The notes beneath the pieces were generated by a model. The model worked only from the letters and a program-made list of their open reading frames with translations, did not search any database and was not told the DNA's origin. Both the position numbers and the translations under genes were made by a program. Positions 1 through 9,760 of a stretch of 64,000 bases of DNA are shown one piece after another. How positions within the stretch are numbered: position 1 is the first letter of the stretch; every line of letters starts with the position of its first letter. The DNA is from an uncultured Riemerella sp. (GTDB taxonomy: Bacteria > Bacteroidota > Bacteroidia > Flavobacteriales > Weeksellaceae). The DNA lies in contig CALHQK010000095.1 in the NCBI GenBank assembly GCA_938037185.1, positions 943 through 64,942 on the forward strand. The letters run 5' to 3'.

Positions 1-988
1 GGTTGGCATTTCCGTGGTCGCTGGTAATAACTACCAAAGTATTTTTGTCTTTTTTAGCGAAGTCCATTACTACTTTTACAGCTTCATCGAAGGCAATTTG
101 GTCAAATAACAAAGCTGCAATATCGTTTCCGTGTGCTGCCCAGTCTACTTTTCCGCCTTCTATCTGTAGCGCAAAACCATTTTTGTGGTCTTTCATCTGG
201 TCTATTGCTTTTTGAGCCATCTCGGCAAGGCTAGGGATGTTTTTTGATGCTTTTTCATCGCGTAAATGATCTACTGTATAAGGCACAGCATCTTCATCAA
301 AAGTTCCTAAAATAGGCTTGTTTTTAGGAGCGCTGAGCATTTCTGATTTCGTTTTTGCAATGGTGTATCCTTTTTTTACGAATAAATCAAAAACATCTTT
401 TTTATCTTTTCTTTTGTCTTTGTCAAAGTATTGGCTGCCGCCTCCCATCATCACATCAAAGTTTAGCTCTGCGTATTGTTCAGCGATGTGGTCCATAGCG
501 TTTCTTCTTTTGCTGGTAACACAAAATCCTGCTGGTGTAGCATGAGTGATAGGAACTGTAGTTACACAGCCTACCTTTTTTCCAGCTTGTTTGAACTTCT
601 GAAGAATAGGCATGTTTTCCTTTCCGTTAGGGCTTACATTCAGGCTTCCGTTATTCACACGGACACCGCCTCCCCAAGAGGAACTTGCTGCTGCTGAGTC
701 TGTTACGATAGCATTCGCAGAAGCCATATCCATCAATGCTCTTTGGACAAGATTATCTTCGTAAAGTCCCACCCAGTTGGAACTTTTTCCATTTTTTCTT
801 TTCAGATAGATGTCTGCCATTATCATCGTTCCTACACTCATCCCGTCACTTACCATGAAGATGATATTTTTGGCTTTTCTACCACGGAATTCTTCTTTTA
901 TAGTGTTTGCTTTTGCTCCGAAGGGAGTTAGCAGCATTCCGCCTAAAGCAGCTAATGAACCTGTTTTCAGAAAGTCTCTTCTTTTCAT
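1..988 (-). CDS. Alkaline phosphatase family protein (PhoA-like), 5' part; gene runs off the left edge of the window
   Basis: Reverse-strand translation from ATG at 988 gives MKRRDFLKTGSLAALGG (signal/TAT-like), then FMVSDGMSVGT and the active-site TDSAA(S) motif typical of alkaline phosphatases. No stop before position 1. The plus-strand ORFs here are short and overlapping. Confidence 0.75.
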   Translation of the reverse strand, partial: MKRRDFLKTGSLAALGGMLLTPFGAKANTIKEEFRGRKAKNIIFMVSDGMSVGTMIMADIYLKRKNGKSSNWVGLYEDNLVQRALMDMASANAIVTDSAAASSSWGGGVRVNNGSLNVSPNGKENMPILQKFKQAGKKVGCVTTVPITHATPAGFCVTSKRRNAMDHIAEQYAELNFDVMMGGGSQYFDKDKRKDKKDVFDLFVKKGYTIAKTKSEMLSAPKNKPILGTFDEDAVPYTVDHLRDEKASKNIPSLAEMAQKAIDQMKDHKNGFALQIEGGKVDWAAHGNDIAALLFDQIAFDEAVKVVMDFAKKDKNTLVVITSDHGNAN

Positions 989-1165
989 TTTGATTTAGTA
1001 TTTAGAAATGAATTTTGTGCAAATATACGGAATAAAGATGATGAATTTATTTTTTTGAGCCAAAAAAGATGTTTTGATTTAATGATTCAAAAGTAATGAT
1101 GCTACTTTCCTGAAAATTGATGATAAAAATCATATCTTGAATTAGCAAGAAAATAAAAAATAGTA

Positions 1166-1173
1166 TTACTTTT
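1166..1173 (+). promoter_or_regulatory. Candidate Bacteroidetes sigmaA -7 element (TAnnTTTG = TACTTTTG) upstream of the TonB receptor, in a divergent intergenic region
   Basis: TACTTTTG lies 53 nt upstream of the ATG at 1226, in the 237-bp AT-rich divergent region shared with the phosphatase gene. Confidence 0.3.
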
Positions 1174-1225
1174 GTGCCATAATTTTTTAAAAAGATAACA
1201 TAAGTTTAAATTTTATAATTTCATT

Positions 1226-3799
1226 ATGAACAAAAAAGTATTACTAGTATCAAGTTTATTAGTATCTCTGATGGGTTATTCACAAACTGTGAAAGGTAGG
1301 GTAGTTCAGCATGACAATCCCGTTTCTAATGCCAGCATTATACTAAAAAAAGGAGACAAGGAAATGACCTCTATGACCGATGCTTCGGGATTTTTTAATG
1401 TAACACTTACAGAAGGAGGAAGTTACACTATCAGTATCGTAGCAGAAGGAGCAAATCCATTGGAAAACCAAATTACAGTGGAGGATAATGGAGTTTTGGA
1501 TTTAGGAGATGTGATTGTTTATAGGGCAGTTTCAGAAGATGTGGTTATAGAAAGGCCTGTAGTTGAGCAGCCAACAGAGCCAACAGAACCTGTTGTAGCA
1601 AAAAATACTACAGATCCTAACGAACCACAAGATGAGGAAGAAGACGGAAAAGTAAAAAAACTACAAACTGTAGAAATCATAGGAAGAGCAAGAAAAGACT
1701 ATAATAGTGATTATTCTTTCTCTGCTTCTAAAATCGCTCTAAAAAACATGGAAGTTTCCCAAGCGATAACTACTGTGACTAAAGAGCTTATTGCAGATAA
1801 AGGAGTTACAAGACTGGGAGATGTAGTGAAGAATGTGAGTGGGGTAAACCAGACTAGTTTTTATAACAACTATGCTATCCGTGGGGTTACACAACAGGCT
1901 TCATACAGAGAAAGCAGACTGATGAATGGTATGGTAACTTCTCATATATTTTTCAGTCAACCGATGATGATGAATGTAGAAAGAGTAGAAGTAATCAAAG
2001 GGCCTGCAAGTATGACTTTTTCTAGTACAGATGCAGGGGGAAGTATAAATATCATTACTAAAAAACCACTTAAAACGAACAGAAAAGAAGTAAGTCTGAG
2101 TGTGGGAAGTTATCAGACTGTGGTTGGAGCACTAGATTTTACTGGACCATTGAATAAGAGTAAAACATTGCTTTATCGTTTAAATCTCGGGTATGAGAAT
2201 GGAAAATCATTCAGAGATTTACAGTTCAAAAAAGCGTATATGATAGCTCCTACCATTGCCTATGTTCCAAATGAAAAGACAAACATAAGTTTTGAGTTTG
2301 TGATGAGTAATAACTCAAACAGACTAGATAGAGGTCAGCCTATTTTTAAAGCTAACCCTGGTGACAGACCTGCACTTACTTCTACACCAATTACTTATGC
2401 TATCGGGGCTATCAATGATGTCAACAAAACATTGGATTTAAACTTCATGGGGAATCTTACTCATAAGTTTACGGACAATTTAAGCATCAATATGGCTTAT
2501 ATGAAGCATATCTGGAACGAAGATTTGACAGAATTAAGAACTGATAATAATTTCGGAAAGGATTCTCACGGAGTAATACAAAGAGATAAAGTACAGCTTA
2601 GATATGTTCAGCGTAATAGTAATTTCTTTACAGATAACTTTAATGCTTATCTAAACTATGACTGGAAACTGGGAGAAAACTTTAAAAATAAATCTGTTTT
2701 AGGGTATGATTTGGTGATGTTTGAAGTTGGGCACGGCGGAACCAATACTGTGAGAGACTATACAGGTAATGCTGCATTAGGAACTTTAACACCAAGAATT
2801 CCGCACTGGGATTTGACTAAAGAAGGGCAGTATAGAGTGATGTACCCTGGGTTCTATCAACCTCAGGCAAGAAGAATGCAGGAAACCACACCGATGTATT
2901 TCTCTACTAACTCTGCGTATTTTATGAATCAAATGGAACTTTGGAATAGATTGATTTTCAATATTGGTCTACGCCAAGAGTGGTACACAGACAAAAACTT
3001 TTACAAACGAAGAAACGAAGAAACAGTAAAACAAAATAAATTCCTCGTGAGAGCTGGATTGATGTATAAGGCTACCAAAAACATCAATGCCTATGCTTCC
3101 TACATAGAAGGGTTCCAGATGCAGACTGATGCTTATCTTGGTTATGATGGTTTTAGAAGAGATATGAATACAGGACAGTATGTCAGAGAAGCATTCAAAC
3201 CTAAAACTACCAGAATGTATGAATTTGGAGCAAAAACAGAATGGCTCGAAGGAAAACTTCATGCAAGTATTGCCTATTATGACATTAAGCAGAATAATAT
3301 CCTTACTTATGATGATACAGTTTCTAATGGAGCGGTGGATGAACTGATGAATGAAGGAGGAACGGAGAGAAATAAAGGTCTGGAAATCGATGTAATGGGT
3401 AGAATTTTGCCAAACTGGTTAGTGAACGCAGGTTATGCTTATAATGATTCAAAAGTTACAGACCAAAAAAGAGGAACTTATAGAAAGGATAATGCTCCTA
3501 AACATACATTCAACTTGTGGACAAGATTTGATGTGAAGGAAGGTTTCTTTAAAAATCTAGGAGTAGGGGCAGGGCTCAATTATTCTGCAGAGAAGATTTC
3601 TTGGCAGGAACCAGATTTAGTTTTACCAGATTATACGATAGTAGATGCAGCGGTTTATTACAAGATAAAAGATATGCAGCTGTCATTCAATATCAATAAT
3701 ATCTTTAATAAAACTTACTGGCTTGGAGCGTTCAACTATCCAAGACTTTTCCCAGGAACGCCAAGAAATGTGATGTTTACCGTAAGATACACATTCTAA
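1226..3799 (+). CDS. TonB-dependent outer-membrane receptor with N-terminal carboxypeptidase-regulatory-like domain
   Basis: 857 aa with a signal peptide and a CarbopepD_reg-like beta-sandwich (VKGRVV...SGFF). It has a plug-like region and a long beta-barrel rich in aromatic and Gly alternation. It ends in a C-terminal aromatic residue (RYTF). Confidence 0.85.
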   Translation: MNKKVLLVSSLLVSLMGYSQTVKGRVVQHDNPVSNASIILKKGDKEMTSMTDASGFFNVTLTEGGSYTISIVAEGANPLENQITVEDNGVLDLGDVIVYRAVSEDVVIERPVVEQPTEPTEPVVAKNTTDPNEPQDEEEDGKVKKLQTVEIIGRARKDYNSDYSFSASKIALKNMEVSQAITTVTKELIADKGVTRLGDVVKNVSGVNQTSFYNNYAIRGVTQQASYRESRLMNGMVTSHIFFSQPMMMNVERVEVIKGPASMTFSSTDAGGSINIITKKPLKTNRKEVSLSVGSYQTVVGALDFTGPLNKSKTLLYRLNLGYENGKSFRDLQFKKAYMIAPTIAYVPNEKTNISFEFVMSNNSNRLDRGQPIFKANPGDRPALTSTPITYAIGAINDVNKTLDLNFMGNLTHKFTDNLSINMAYMKHIWNEDLTELRTDNNFGKDSHGVIQRDKVQLRYVQRNSNFFTDNFNAYLNYDWKLGENFKNKSVLGYDLVMFEVGHGGTNTVRDYTGNAALGTLTPRIPHWDLTKEGQYRVMYPGFYQPQARRMQETTPMYFSTNSAYFMNQMELWNRLIFNIGLRQEWYTDKNFYKRRNEETVKQNKFLVRAGLMYKATKNINAYASYIEGFQMQTDAYLGYDGFRRDMNTGQYVREAFKPKTTRMYEFGAKTEWLEGKLHASIAYYDIKQNNILTYDDTVSNGAVDELMNEGGTERNKGLEIDVMGRILPNWLVNAGYAYNDSKVTDQKRGTYRKDNAPKHTFNLWTRFDVKEGFFKNLGVGAGLNYSAEKISWQEPDLVLPDYTIVDAAVYYKIKDMQLSFNINNIFNKTYWLGAFNYPRLFPGTPRNVMFTVRYTF

Positions 3800-3841
3800 G
3801 ATAGATACAAGATTTTTTCATAAAATAATTTAATTTGTTGA

Positions 3842-3876
3842 AAACCGATAGTTTATAATGGCTATCGGTTTTTTGA
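3842..3876 (+). terminator. Rho-independent terminator after the TonB receptor gene
   Basis: Perfect stem AACCGATAG / CTATCGGTT with a 13-nt loop, followed by TTTTTTG. Confidence 0.6.
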
Positions 3877-3913
3877 TTATATTTGAAAAATATTATAAAT
3901 CAAAATTGATAAA

Positions 3914-4468
3914 ATGAAAAGAATCTGTTTATTAATGATAATATTCTCTAATTATGCATTAGCACAGATAAAGGATATTAAATTATTAGAAATTGTATTT
4001 ATGGATAATATCAATTATTATTCGTTTTATCATAAAAATACAATTATACATGACCAAATTGATACGAGTAAAAATATTTCTATCATTACAACTTATCCTG
4101 ATTTGAAAAGAATAACAAAAAATAATACAATTAGAATTTTGCCCAATGAAATAATTGTAAGTCATGATATTATCTATCCTTATGATATATTGAAGGATTA
4201 TCAGATAAATCCAGAAATAAAAGAAAGTTTTAAAAACTATTTTGAGAATAAAAAAATAGTAAAAAAGTTATTAAAAAAGAGAGGAAAATATGAACTTTTG
4301 AATTTAGAAGAAAAGAATTCTATTATTTTAGTTTTGGAACTTTCAGTAGAGTATTTTAATGAATATAGTGATAATCTAAAAATAACAACAGAAAATAATA
4401 AAAAGATAAAAGTATATAAAATACTAAATGGTTTAGATGAGGGCTTAATAGAAACTCTGAAAATATAG
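3914..4468 (+). CDS. Hypothetical secreted protein (extremely AT-rich orphan)
   Basis: 184-aa ORF with a signal peptide MKRICLLMIIFSNYALAQ. Coding GC is far below its neighbours. No recognisable motif. Confidence 0.45.
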   Translation: MKRICLLMIIFSNYALAQIKDIKLLEIVFMDNINYYSFYHKNTIIHDQIDTSKNISIITTYPDLKRITKNNTIRILPNEIIVSHDIIYPYDILKDYQINPEIKESFKNYFENKKIVKKLLKKRGKYELLNLEEKNSIILVLELSVEYFNEYSDNLKITTENNKKIKVYKILNGLDEGLIETLKI

Positions 4469-4498
4469 CTAAATATTTCAAAATATATCAAAAACATT

Positions 4499-5077
4499 AT
4501 GAAAAAAATAAAAACTATCTTCACGGGTCTGAGTTTGTTTTTTCTTTTAAGTTGTGTAAATCAGCAGAATACGAATAAACCAGTAAAAACAAAAATAGAA
4601 AAATCTCATAAAAGACACCTGCGAAAACAACTTGCTTCTTTCATAAAAGGAATGCGAAAAGGCAAGCCAGATGAAGTAAAAGCATATTTTGATTTTCCTA
4701 TCAAAAATGATAATTTTTGGTATGCGACTTTGGAATATGAAAAATGGGAGGAATATAAAGGAAAAGGATTTGGTGAGAAAGAATTTCAGATATATTTTGA
4801 TGCGATTTTCATGGGCGATTTCAGGGAAACTTTAGGAAGAATAAATGTTAATAGATTATTAAAACAAGGATATGATAAAGCAGAATATTCATATGATAGT
4901 TGGAATGGTGGGTTTAAAGATATCTTAGAAGTCACATACGCAGATGATAAAATAACCATGACTTTTAATACAGTAGTTTATTCTTCAGGAGGAGGTGAAC
5001 ATATATATGTATATGTTTTTACAACGAAAGATGGTGTTCTGAAATTTAAAGATTTTCAAAGTACAATGGTATACTAA
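4499..5077 (+). CDS. Hypothetical lipoprotein
   Basis: 192 aa with a lipobox-type signal (LSC at LFFLLSCVNQQ). No recognisable catalytic motif. Confidence 0.5.
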   Translation: MKKIKTIFTGLSLFFLLSCVNQQNTNKPVKTKIEKSHKRHLRKQLASFIKGMRKGKPDEVKAYFDFPIKNDNFWYATLEYEKWEEYKGKGFGEKEFQIYFDAIFMGDFRETLGRINVNRLLKQGYDKAEYSYDSWNGGFKDILEVTYADDKITMTFNTVVYSSGGGEHIYVYVFTTKDGVLKFKDFQSTMVY

Positions 5078-5168
5078 AAAGCCAGTCAAATATTTCAGTT
5101 ATAAAATTAAGAATAAAACTATCTTGATAGTATTTTTTAGTTGCAAACTGATGGCAACAGAATAAGTT

Positions 5169-5468
5169 ATGGAAAAAACATTAGAATGGTTTAAAAAAGA
5201 AGTCTCTCGCGACTTGTTAAATTATAAAATTACATATAGAAGCTATAAAAATGGTGATTTCGGAGATTTAGACCAAATTATAATAGAATCTAAAATCTTG
5301 GGAGGTGGAATTGATTTTTGGAGTTCAGGCTGGCTTGGAATCGTGCTGTATGATTATGAAAAAGAAAAACAAATAATTAATGTTTTATTAGAACCAACAG
5401 AAGAATATGAGACCCATCTAAAAAACTTAATAGAAACCTTGAAAAGCCAGTCAAGTGTTTCAAAATAA
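5169..5468 (+). CDS. Hypothetical small protein
   Basis: 99-aa ORF. Its 3' end and the preceding gene's 3' end carry the same 20-nt motif (see findings). Confidence 0.4.
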   Translation: MEKTLEWFKKEVSRDLLNYKITYRSYKNGDFGDLDQIIIESKILGGGIDFWSSGWLGIVLYDYEKEKQIINVLLEPTEEYETHLKNLIETLKSQSSVSK

Positions 5469-5509
5469 TTATCTTTGCTCTTAAAAAAATTTAATTATTA
5501 AACTTTACA

Positions 5510-6199
5510 ATGAAAATAGGAATCATCGGAGCGATGGAATTAGAAGTCCAGCTCCTTCGAGAAAAATTACAAGATAGAAAAGATACCGAATTATTTGGAT
5601 TTACTTTCCATGAAGGGCAAATTGGCAGCCATCAGGTGGTGGTGCTTTTGTCTGGGATAGGAAAGGTGAGTGCAGCGGTGGCTACAGTGCTTTTAATCAA
5701 TCAGTTTAAACCAGAATTAATCATCAATACAGGAACAGCAGGAGGTCTGAAAGACACCAGAGTTTATGATATTATTTTGGCTACGGAGGTTAGACACCAT
5801 GATGTGGATGTCACGGCTTTCGGCTACGAAATAGGGCAACAGGCAAAAATGCCGCCTGCTTTTTTTGTGGATGAGCAGTGGCTGAGCCTTGCCGAGGAAC
5901 ATTGCGGAAAATATACCGACCAGCTTCGTAAAGGGCTGGTACTCAGCGGAGATTCTTTCATCAGTGATAGACAGCGCCGAGAATGGATAGAAAAAAGCTT
6001 CCCAGAGGCGCTGGCTGTGGAGATGGAGGCGAGTGCCATTGCGCAGACCTGCCATATTATGGGCGTTCCGTTTCTGATGCTGAGAGCGATTTCGGATAAT
6101 GCAGGCGAGGGAGATACTGTTTCCTATGAATCCTTTGTGGAGAAGGCTGGGGCGCTTTCGGCGGAGATGAATATTAGTTTCATTGAGAATTTAAAATAA
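5510..6199 (+). CDS. mtnN: 5'-methylthioadenosine/S-adenosylhomocysteine nucleosidase
   Basis: MKIGIIGAMELEV N-terminus and 229 aa. The catalytic region matches the PNP/UDP phosphorylase fold motifs (ME..SA, RAISD). Confidence 0.85.
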   Translation: MKIGIIGAMELEVQLLREKLQDRKDTELFGFTFHEGQIGSHQVVVLLSGIGKVSAAVATVLLINQFKPELIINTGTAGGLKDTRVYDIILATEVRHHDVDVTAFGYEIGQQAKMPPAFFVDEQWLSLAEEHCGKYTDQLRKGLVLSGDSFISDRQRREWIEKSFPEALAVEMEASAIAQTCHIMGVPFLMLRAISDNAGEGDTVSYESFVEKAGALSAEMNISFIENLK

Positions 6200-6204
6200 T
6201 TTTC

Positions 6205-7653
6205 ATGAATTTTAAAAGGATAAAGCTAATCGCCTCGGAAGAATGGAAAAGCATCAATAGGCAGAAAGTGCTGATTTACTTGGTTTTCATCATTGTTGCT
6301 GTTTTGTCTCTGGCGGCTTACATCGGTTGGGAAAATGTTCATCATCACAATGAGGAGCAGGAACACTACCAGTCCGAAGTTGTCCAGCAGTGGGAAAATC
6401 AGCCAGATAGGCACCCGCACAGGGTTTCGCATTATGGGTATTTGGTTTTTCGGGACAAATATCCTCTGAGTGCTTTTGATTTTGGGGTAAATTCTTATGT
6501 CGGAAACTCTGTTTTTTTGGAGGCTCACAGACAGAATACGATGAATATGAGCGATGCCTCGTTTTCCAACGGAATACTGAGGTTTGGGGAACTGAGTATG
6601 GCTCTGATTTTCCAGCTGATTTTACCTTTATTCATTATTTTCATTGGTTTTGGTTCGGTTTCTGGGCTGAAACAAAATGGAGTTTTGAAGCTGATTTTGG
6701 TTCAAAATACGACTTACAAAGACATTATTTTTGGAAAAACTTTGGGGATTTATGCCGTTACGATGGCTTATTTCCTTCCCATTCTTATTTTAGGAATTGC
6801 TTTCACAGGGCTGATGTCAGGTGCTGATGCAGAGGGACTTATACCGAGAGCCTTCCTGCTGGTGGTTTCTTACAGCGTTTATTTTTTGATTTTTTCGTTT
6901 GTAGTGGTGATTTTTTCAGCTTTGAATAAAACTCCTAAATCTACTTTGCTTGTTCTTTTAATCATTTGGTTTTCAATGATTTTTATTCTTCCGAAAGCCG
7001 CACAGACACTTGGCGCAAATATCTATGAAGCACCGAATAAAAATGATTTTGATATTTCCATTCATAACCAGATTAAAAAAGAAGGAGATAGTCATAATCC
7101 TGATGACCAGCACTTTAAGGAACTGAAAGAAGAAATCTTGAAAAAATACAATGTCAATTCCATCGAAGAATTGCCGATAAATTACGGCGGATTGGTTTTT
7201 GCGGAAGGCGAAAAAATCACCACGAAAATTTTTGGTGAAAAATTTGAGGAATTGATTAAAATTTATCAAAATCAAAACAAAGTAAGCGAATTTTTGGGCT
7301 TTGCTAATCCTTATTTGGCGATGAGGAATATGTCTATGGGCTTCAGTGGAAGTAGTTTTTCTGATGCTGTAAGTTTCCAGCGACAGGCCGAAAAATACCG
7401 ATATGACCGCACTCAGTATCTGAATAAACTTCAGCAGGAGGAAATAAAATATTATAAAGAATCCCAAAAAGAGCGGACACAGAGGATAAATAATGAACTT
7501 CTGAAACAGATGCCGCCGTTCAAATATCAGCATTTTTCTACTTATGAAATTCTGAAAGAGCAGATTTTGGGGATTTCAGCGTTTGTTTTTATGCTGTCTG
7601 TATTGGTTTTAGCAGCGAATTATATTCAGAAAAATAGTAATAAATTTTTGTAA
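6205..7653 (+). CDS. ABC-2-type transporter permease (DUF3526-like polytopic membrane protein)
   Basis: 482 aa with multiple hydrophobic helices plus a large periplasmic insert. It sits directly upstream of a second paralogous permease and an ABC ATPase. Confidence 0.55.
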   Translation: MNFKRIKLIASEEWKSINRQKVLIYLVFIIVAVLSLAAYIGWENVHHHNEEQEHYQSEVVQQWENQPDRHPHRVSHYGYLVFRDKYPLSAFDFGVNSYVGNSVFLEAHRQNTMNMSDASFSNGILRFGELSMALIFQLILPLFIIFIGFGSVSGLKQNGVLKLILVQNTTYKDIIFGKTLGIYAVTMAYFLPILILGIAFTGLMSGADAEGLIPRAFLLVVSYSVYFLIFSFVVVIFSALNKTPKSTLLVLLIIWFSMIFILPKAAQTLGANIYEAPNKNDFDISIHNQIKKEGDSHNPDDQHFKELKEEILKKYNVNSIEELPINYGGLVFAEGEKITTKIFGEKFEELIKIYQNQNKVSEFLGFANPYLAMRNMSMGFSGSSFSDAVSFQRQAEKYRYDRTQYLNKLQQEEIKYYKESQKERTQRINNELLKQMPPFKYQHFSTYEILKEQILGISAFVFMLSVLVLAANYIQKNSNKFL

Positions 7654-7655
7654 AG

Positions 7656-9014
7656 ATGAAGAGGATTTTAAGCATAGAATTTAAAAATATTTTTAGAAAT
7701 AACGCCTTCCGAATCGGAGTCTTGGTGGTTTTTCTCTTTGGGCTTTACGGAATTTATTACGGAAATAGAGTCATAGAGGAACAAAAAGAAAATATTTCCA
7801 GAATAGAACATCTGGAAAATGAGAATATAGAGCACATTCTGCACATTGCAGGCGCGGAGAACACGGCAGGAACGGATATTTATTACATGATTTTTCATAC
7901 TTATAATCCACCGACTGACTGGGCAGCGTTTTCTCTGGGGCAGAGAGATATTCTAAACTACAATATCAAAACCAAAATCTTGGCATTAGAAGGGCAGATT
8001 TATGATAATGAGCTGACTAATCCTTTGTCCCTTTTGGTGGGCAATTTGGATTTGTCATTTGTTTTTATTTATCTTTTTCCGTTATTGATTATTGCTCTTG
8101 GTTTCAGTTTGATTTCGGAGGAGAAAGAAACGGGAGTATGGAGTATGATAAAGATTTCTGGAGTGCCTACGCTTAGTTTTGTTTTTTATAAAATCTTCGC
8201 AAGGTGGCTGATAGTGGTGTCTTTGGTCATTATACTGATGATCGTGGCGGCTTTGGTTTTCAAGGCTGGTTTTGGAGTGGTGTTTTTTGCTATTTTAGGA
8301 ATTTCTATTTTTTATGTAAGTTTTTGGTTTGCAGTGGTTTGGTTTGTTAATTCATTGAATAAAAACTCAACTTACAACACCATTTTGTCCGTGGGGATTT
8401 GGATTGTGCTATGTTTGATGTTTCCTGCTTTGGGAAATACGATAATTACGGCTACCACTCCTGTTCATGAGGCTATGGAAACCACACTCATCCAGCGTGA
8501 AGCCTATCATGAGAAGTGGGATAAGCCCAAATCGGTAACGATGAACAAATTTTACCAAGAATATCCCGAGTATAAAAAATATAAAATTCCAGAAGAAAAA
8601 TACTATGTAGCAGGCTGGTATTACGCGATGCAGTATGTGGCTGATAAAGAGGCAGAACCGACCTCTAAACTGATGGAACAAAAACTGATGGAACGCCAGC
8701 ACAAAGCCGAAACTTTGGGAATGTTTCTTCCTACGGTAGGAGTGCAGAGAATGTATAATGCTTTGGTTAATACAGATTTAGAGGCACATATGAGATATTT
8801 GGCATCGGTGAGAAAACATCACAAAGCCGTGCGGGAGTTTTTTTATCCTTATATTTTTGAGGAAACTTTGACTAAAAATACGCCTTGGGAAAAAAGACCT
8901 AAATACCAGCCGCCAGCAGAGAGTGCAGATATTAACTGGAAATCCTTATTTGTGGGCGTATTGTACTCTTTATTGCTTGTGTTTATCGGAATAAAATTGA
9001 CTAAAAAAATATAG
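7656..9014 (+). CDS. ABC-2-type transporter permease (second paralogue)
   Basis: 452 aa with polytopic membrane architecture, a 2-nt gap to the upstream gene and a 6-nt gap to the downstream ATPase. Confidence 0.55.
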   Translation: MKRILSIEFKNIFRNNAFRIGVLVVFLFGLYGIYYGNRVIEEQKENISRIEHLENENIEHILHIAGAENTAGTDIYYMIFHTYNPPTDWAAFSLGQRDILNYNIKTKILALEGQIYDNELTNPLSLLVGNLDLSFVFIYLFPLLIIALGFSLISEEKETGVWSMIKISGVPTLSFVFYKIFARWLIVVSLVIILMIVAALVFKAGFGVVFFAILGISIFYVSFWFAVVWFVNSLNKNSTYNTILSVGIWIVLCLMFPALGNTIITATTPVHEAMETTLIQREAYHEKWDKPKSVTMNKFYQEYPEYKKYKIPEEKYYVAGWYYAMQYVADKEAEPTSKLMEQKLMERQHKAETLGMFLPTVGVQRMYNALVNTDLEAHMRYLASVRKHHKAVREFFYPYIFEETLTKNTPWEKRPKYQPPAESADINWKSLFVGVLYSLLLVFIGIKLTKKI

Positions 9015-9020
9015 AATTTT

Positions 9021-9716
9021 ATGCTTATTGCAGAAAACTTATCTAAAACATACGGAGATTATAAAGCTTTAAATAATCTAAATTTAAAACTGAATAAAGG
9101 TGAAATTTTTGCTCTTCTGGGACAGAATGGAGCAGGGAAGAGCACGACTATCAATATATTTTTAGGCTTTGTGAAACCGACCGGAGGAGTTGCGAAAATC
9201 AATGGAATTTCTGTGGTAGACCATCCAGAGGAGACCAAGAAATTCATCGCTTATATTCCTGAAACTGTACTGCTTTACCCTAATTTGACAGGTGTAGAAA
9301 ATCTTAAATTTTTCTCCTCTTTGGCTGGGTTTGATTATGATAATGAGACGCTTACGAGCTTCCTAAGCAAAGCAGGACTGCAGTCTGATGCTCATCACAA
9401 TAGGCTGGGGGGCTATTCTAAAGGGATGCGCCAGAAAGTGGGCATTGCCATTGCCATCGCTAAAAAGGCGAAAGTACTACTTCTGGATGAGCCTACATCT
9501 GGTCTAGACCCAAAGGCATCGAATGAATTTTCTGAAATATTGAAAGAATTAGCATCGGAGGGAACTACTATTTTCATGGCGACGCATGATATTTTTAGGG
9601 CAAAAGAAGTGGCTGATCGAATAGGAATTATGAAGCGAGGAAATTTGATTTCCGAAATCAATGCCGATGAAATCTCCGCCAACGAGCTGGAAAAACTGTA
9701 TCTTCAGACCGTTTAG
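9021..9716 (+). CDS. ABC transporter ATP-binding protein
   Basis: Walker A GQNGAGKST, ABC signature YSKGMRQKV and Walker B LLLDEPTSGLD. Confidence 0.9.
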   Translation: MLIAENLSKTYGDYKALNNLNLKLNKGEIFALLGQNGAGKSTTINIFLGFVKPTGGVAKINGISVVDHPEETKKFIAYIPETVLLYPNLTGVENLKFFSSLAGFDYDNETLTSFLSKAGLQSDAHHNRLGGYSKGMRQKVGIAIAIAKKAKVLLLDEPTSGLDPKASNEFSEILKELASEGTTIFMATHDIFRAKEVADRIGIMKRGNLISEINADEISANELEKLYLQTV

Positions 9717-9727
9717 AAATAAAAAAA

Positions 9728-9760
9728 AGACTTGAAAATCAAGCCTTTTACTTTTTTTTG
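9728..9760. terminator. Weak hairpin + T-run between convergent genes
   Basis: AGACTTGA/TCAAGCCT stem with one mismatch and a 3-nt loop, followed by TTTACTTTTTTTT. Confidence 0.25.

Noticed and set aside
3-998. Five short plus-strand ORFs (62-75 aa) at the left edge
   Set aside because: They overlap one another and lie antisense to a long open frame encoding an alkaline-phosphatase-like protein with the TDSAA active site. They are low-complexity translations of the opposite strand.
2969-3262. 97-aa minus-strand ORF inside the TonB receptor gene
   Set aside because: Antisense to a confidently called 857-aa gene, with no motif.
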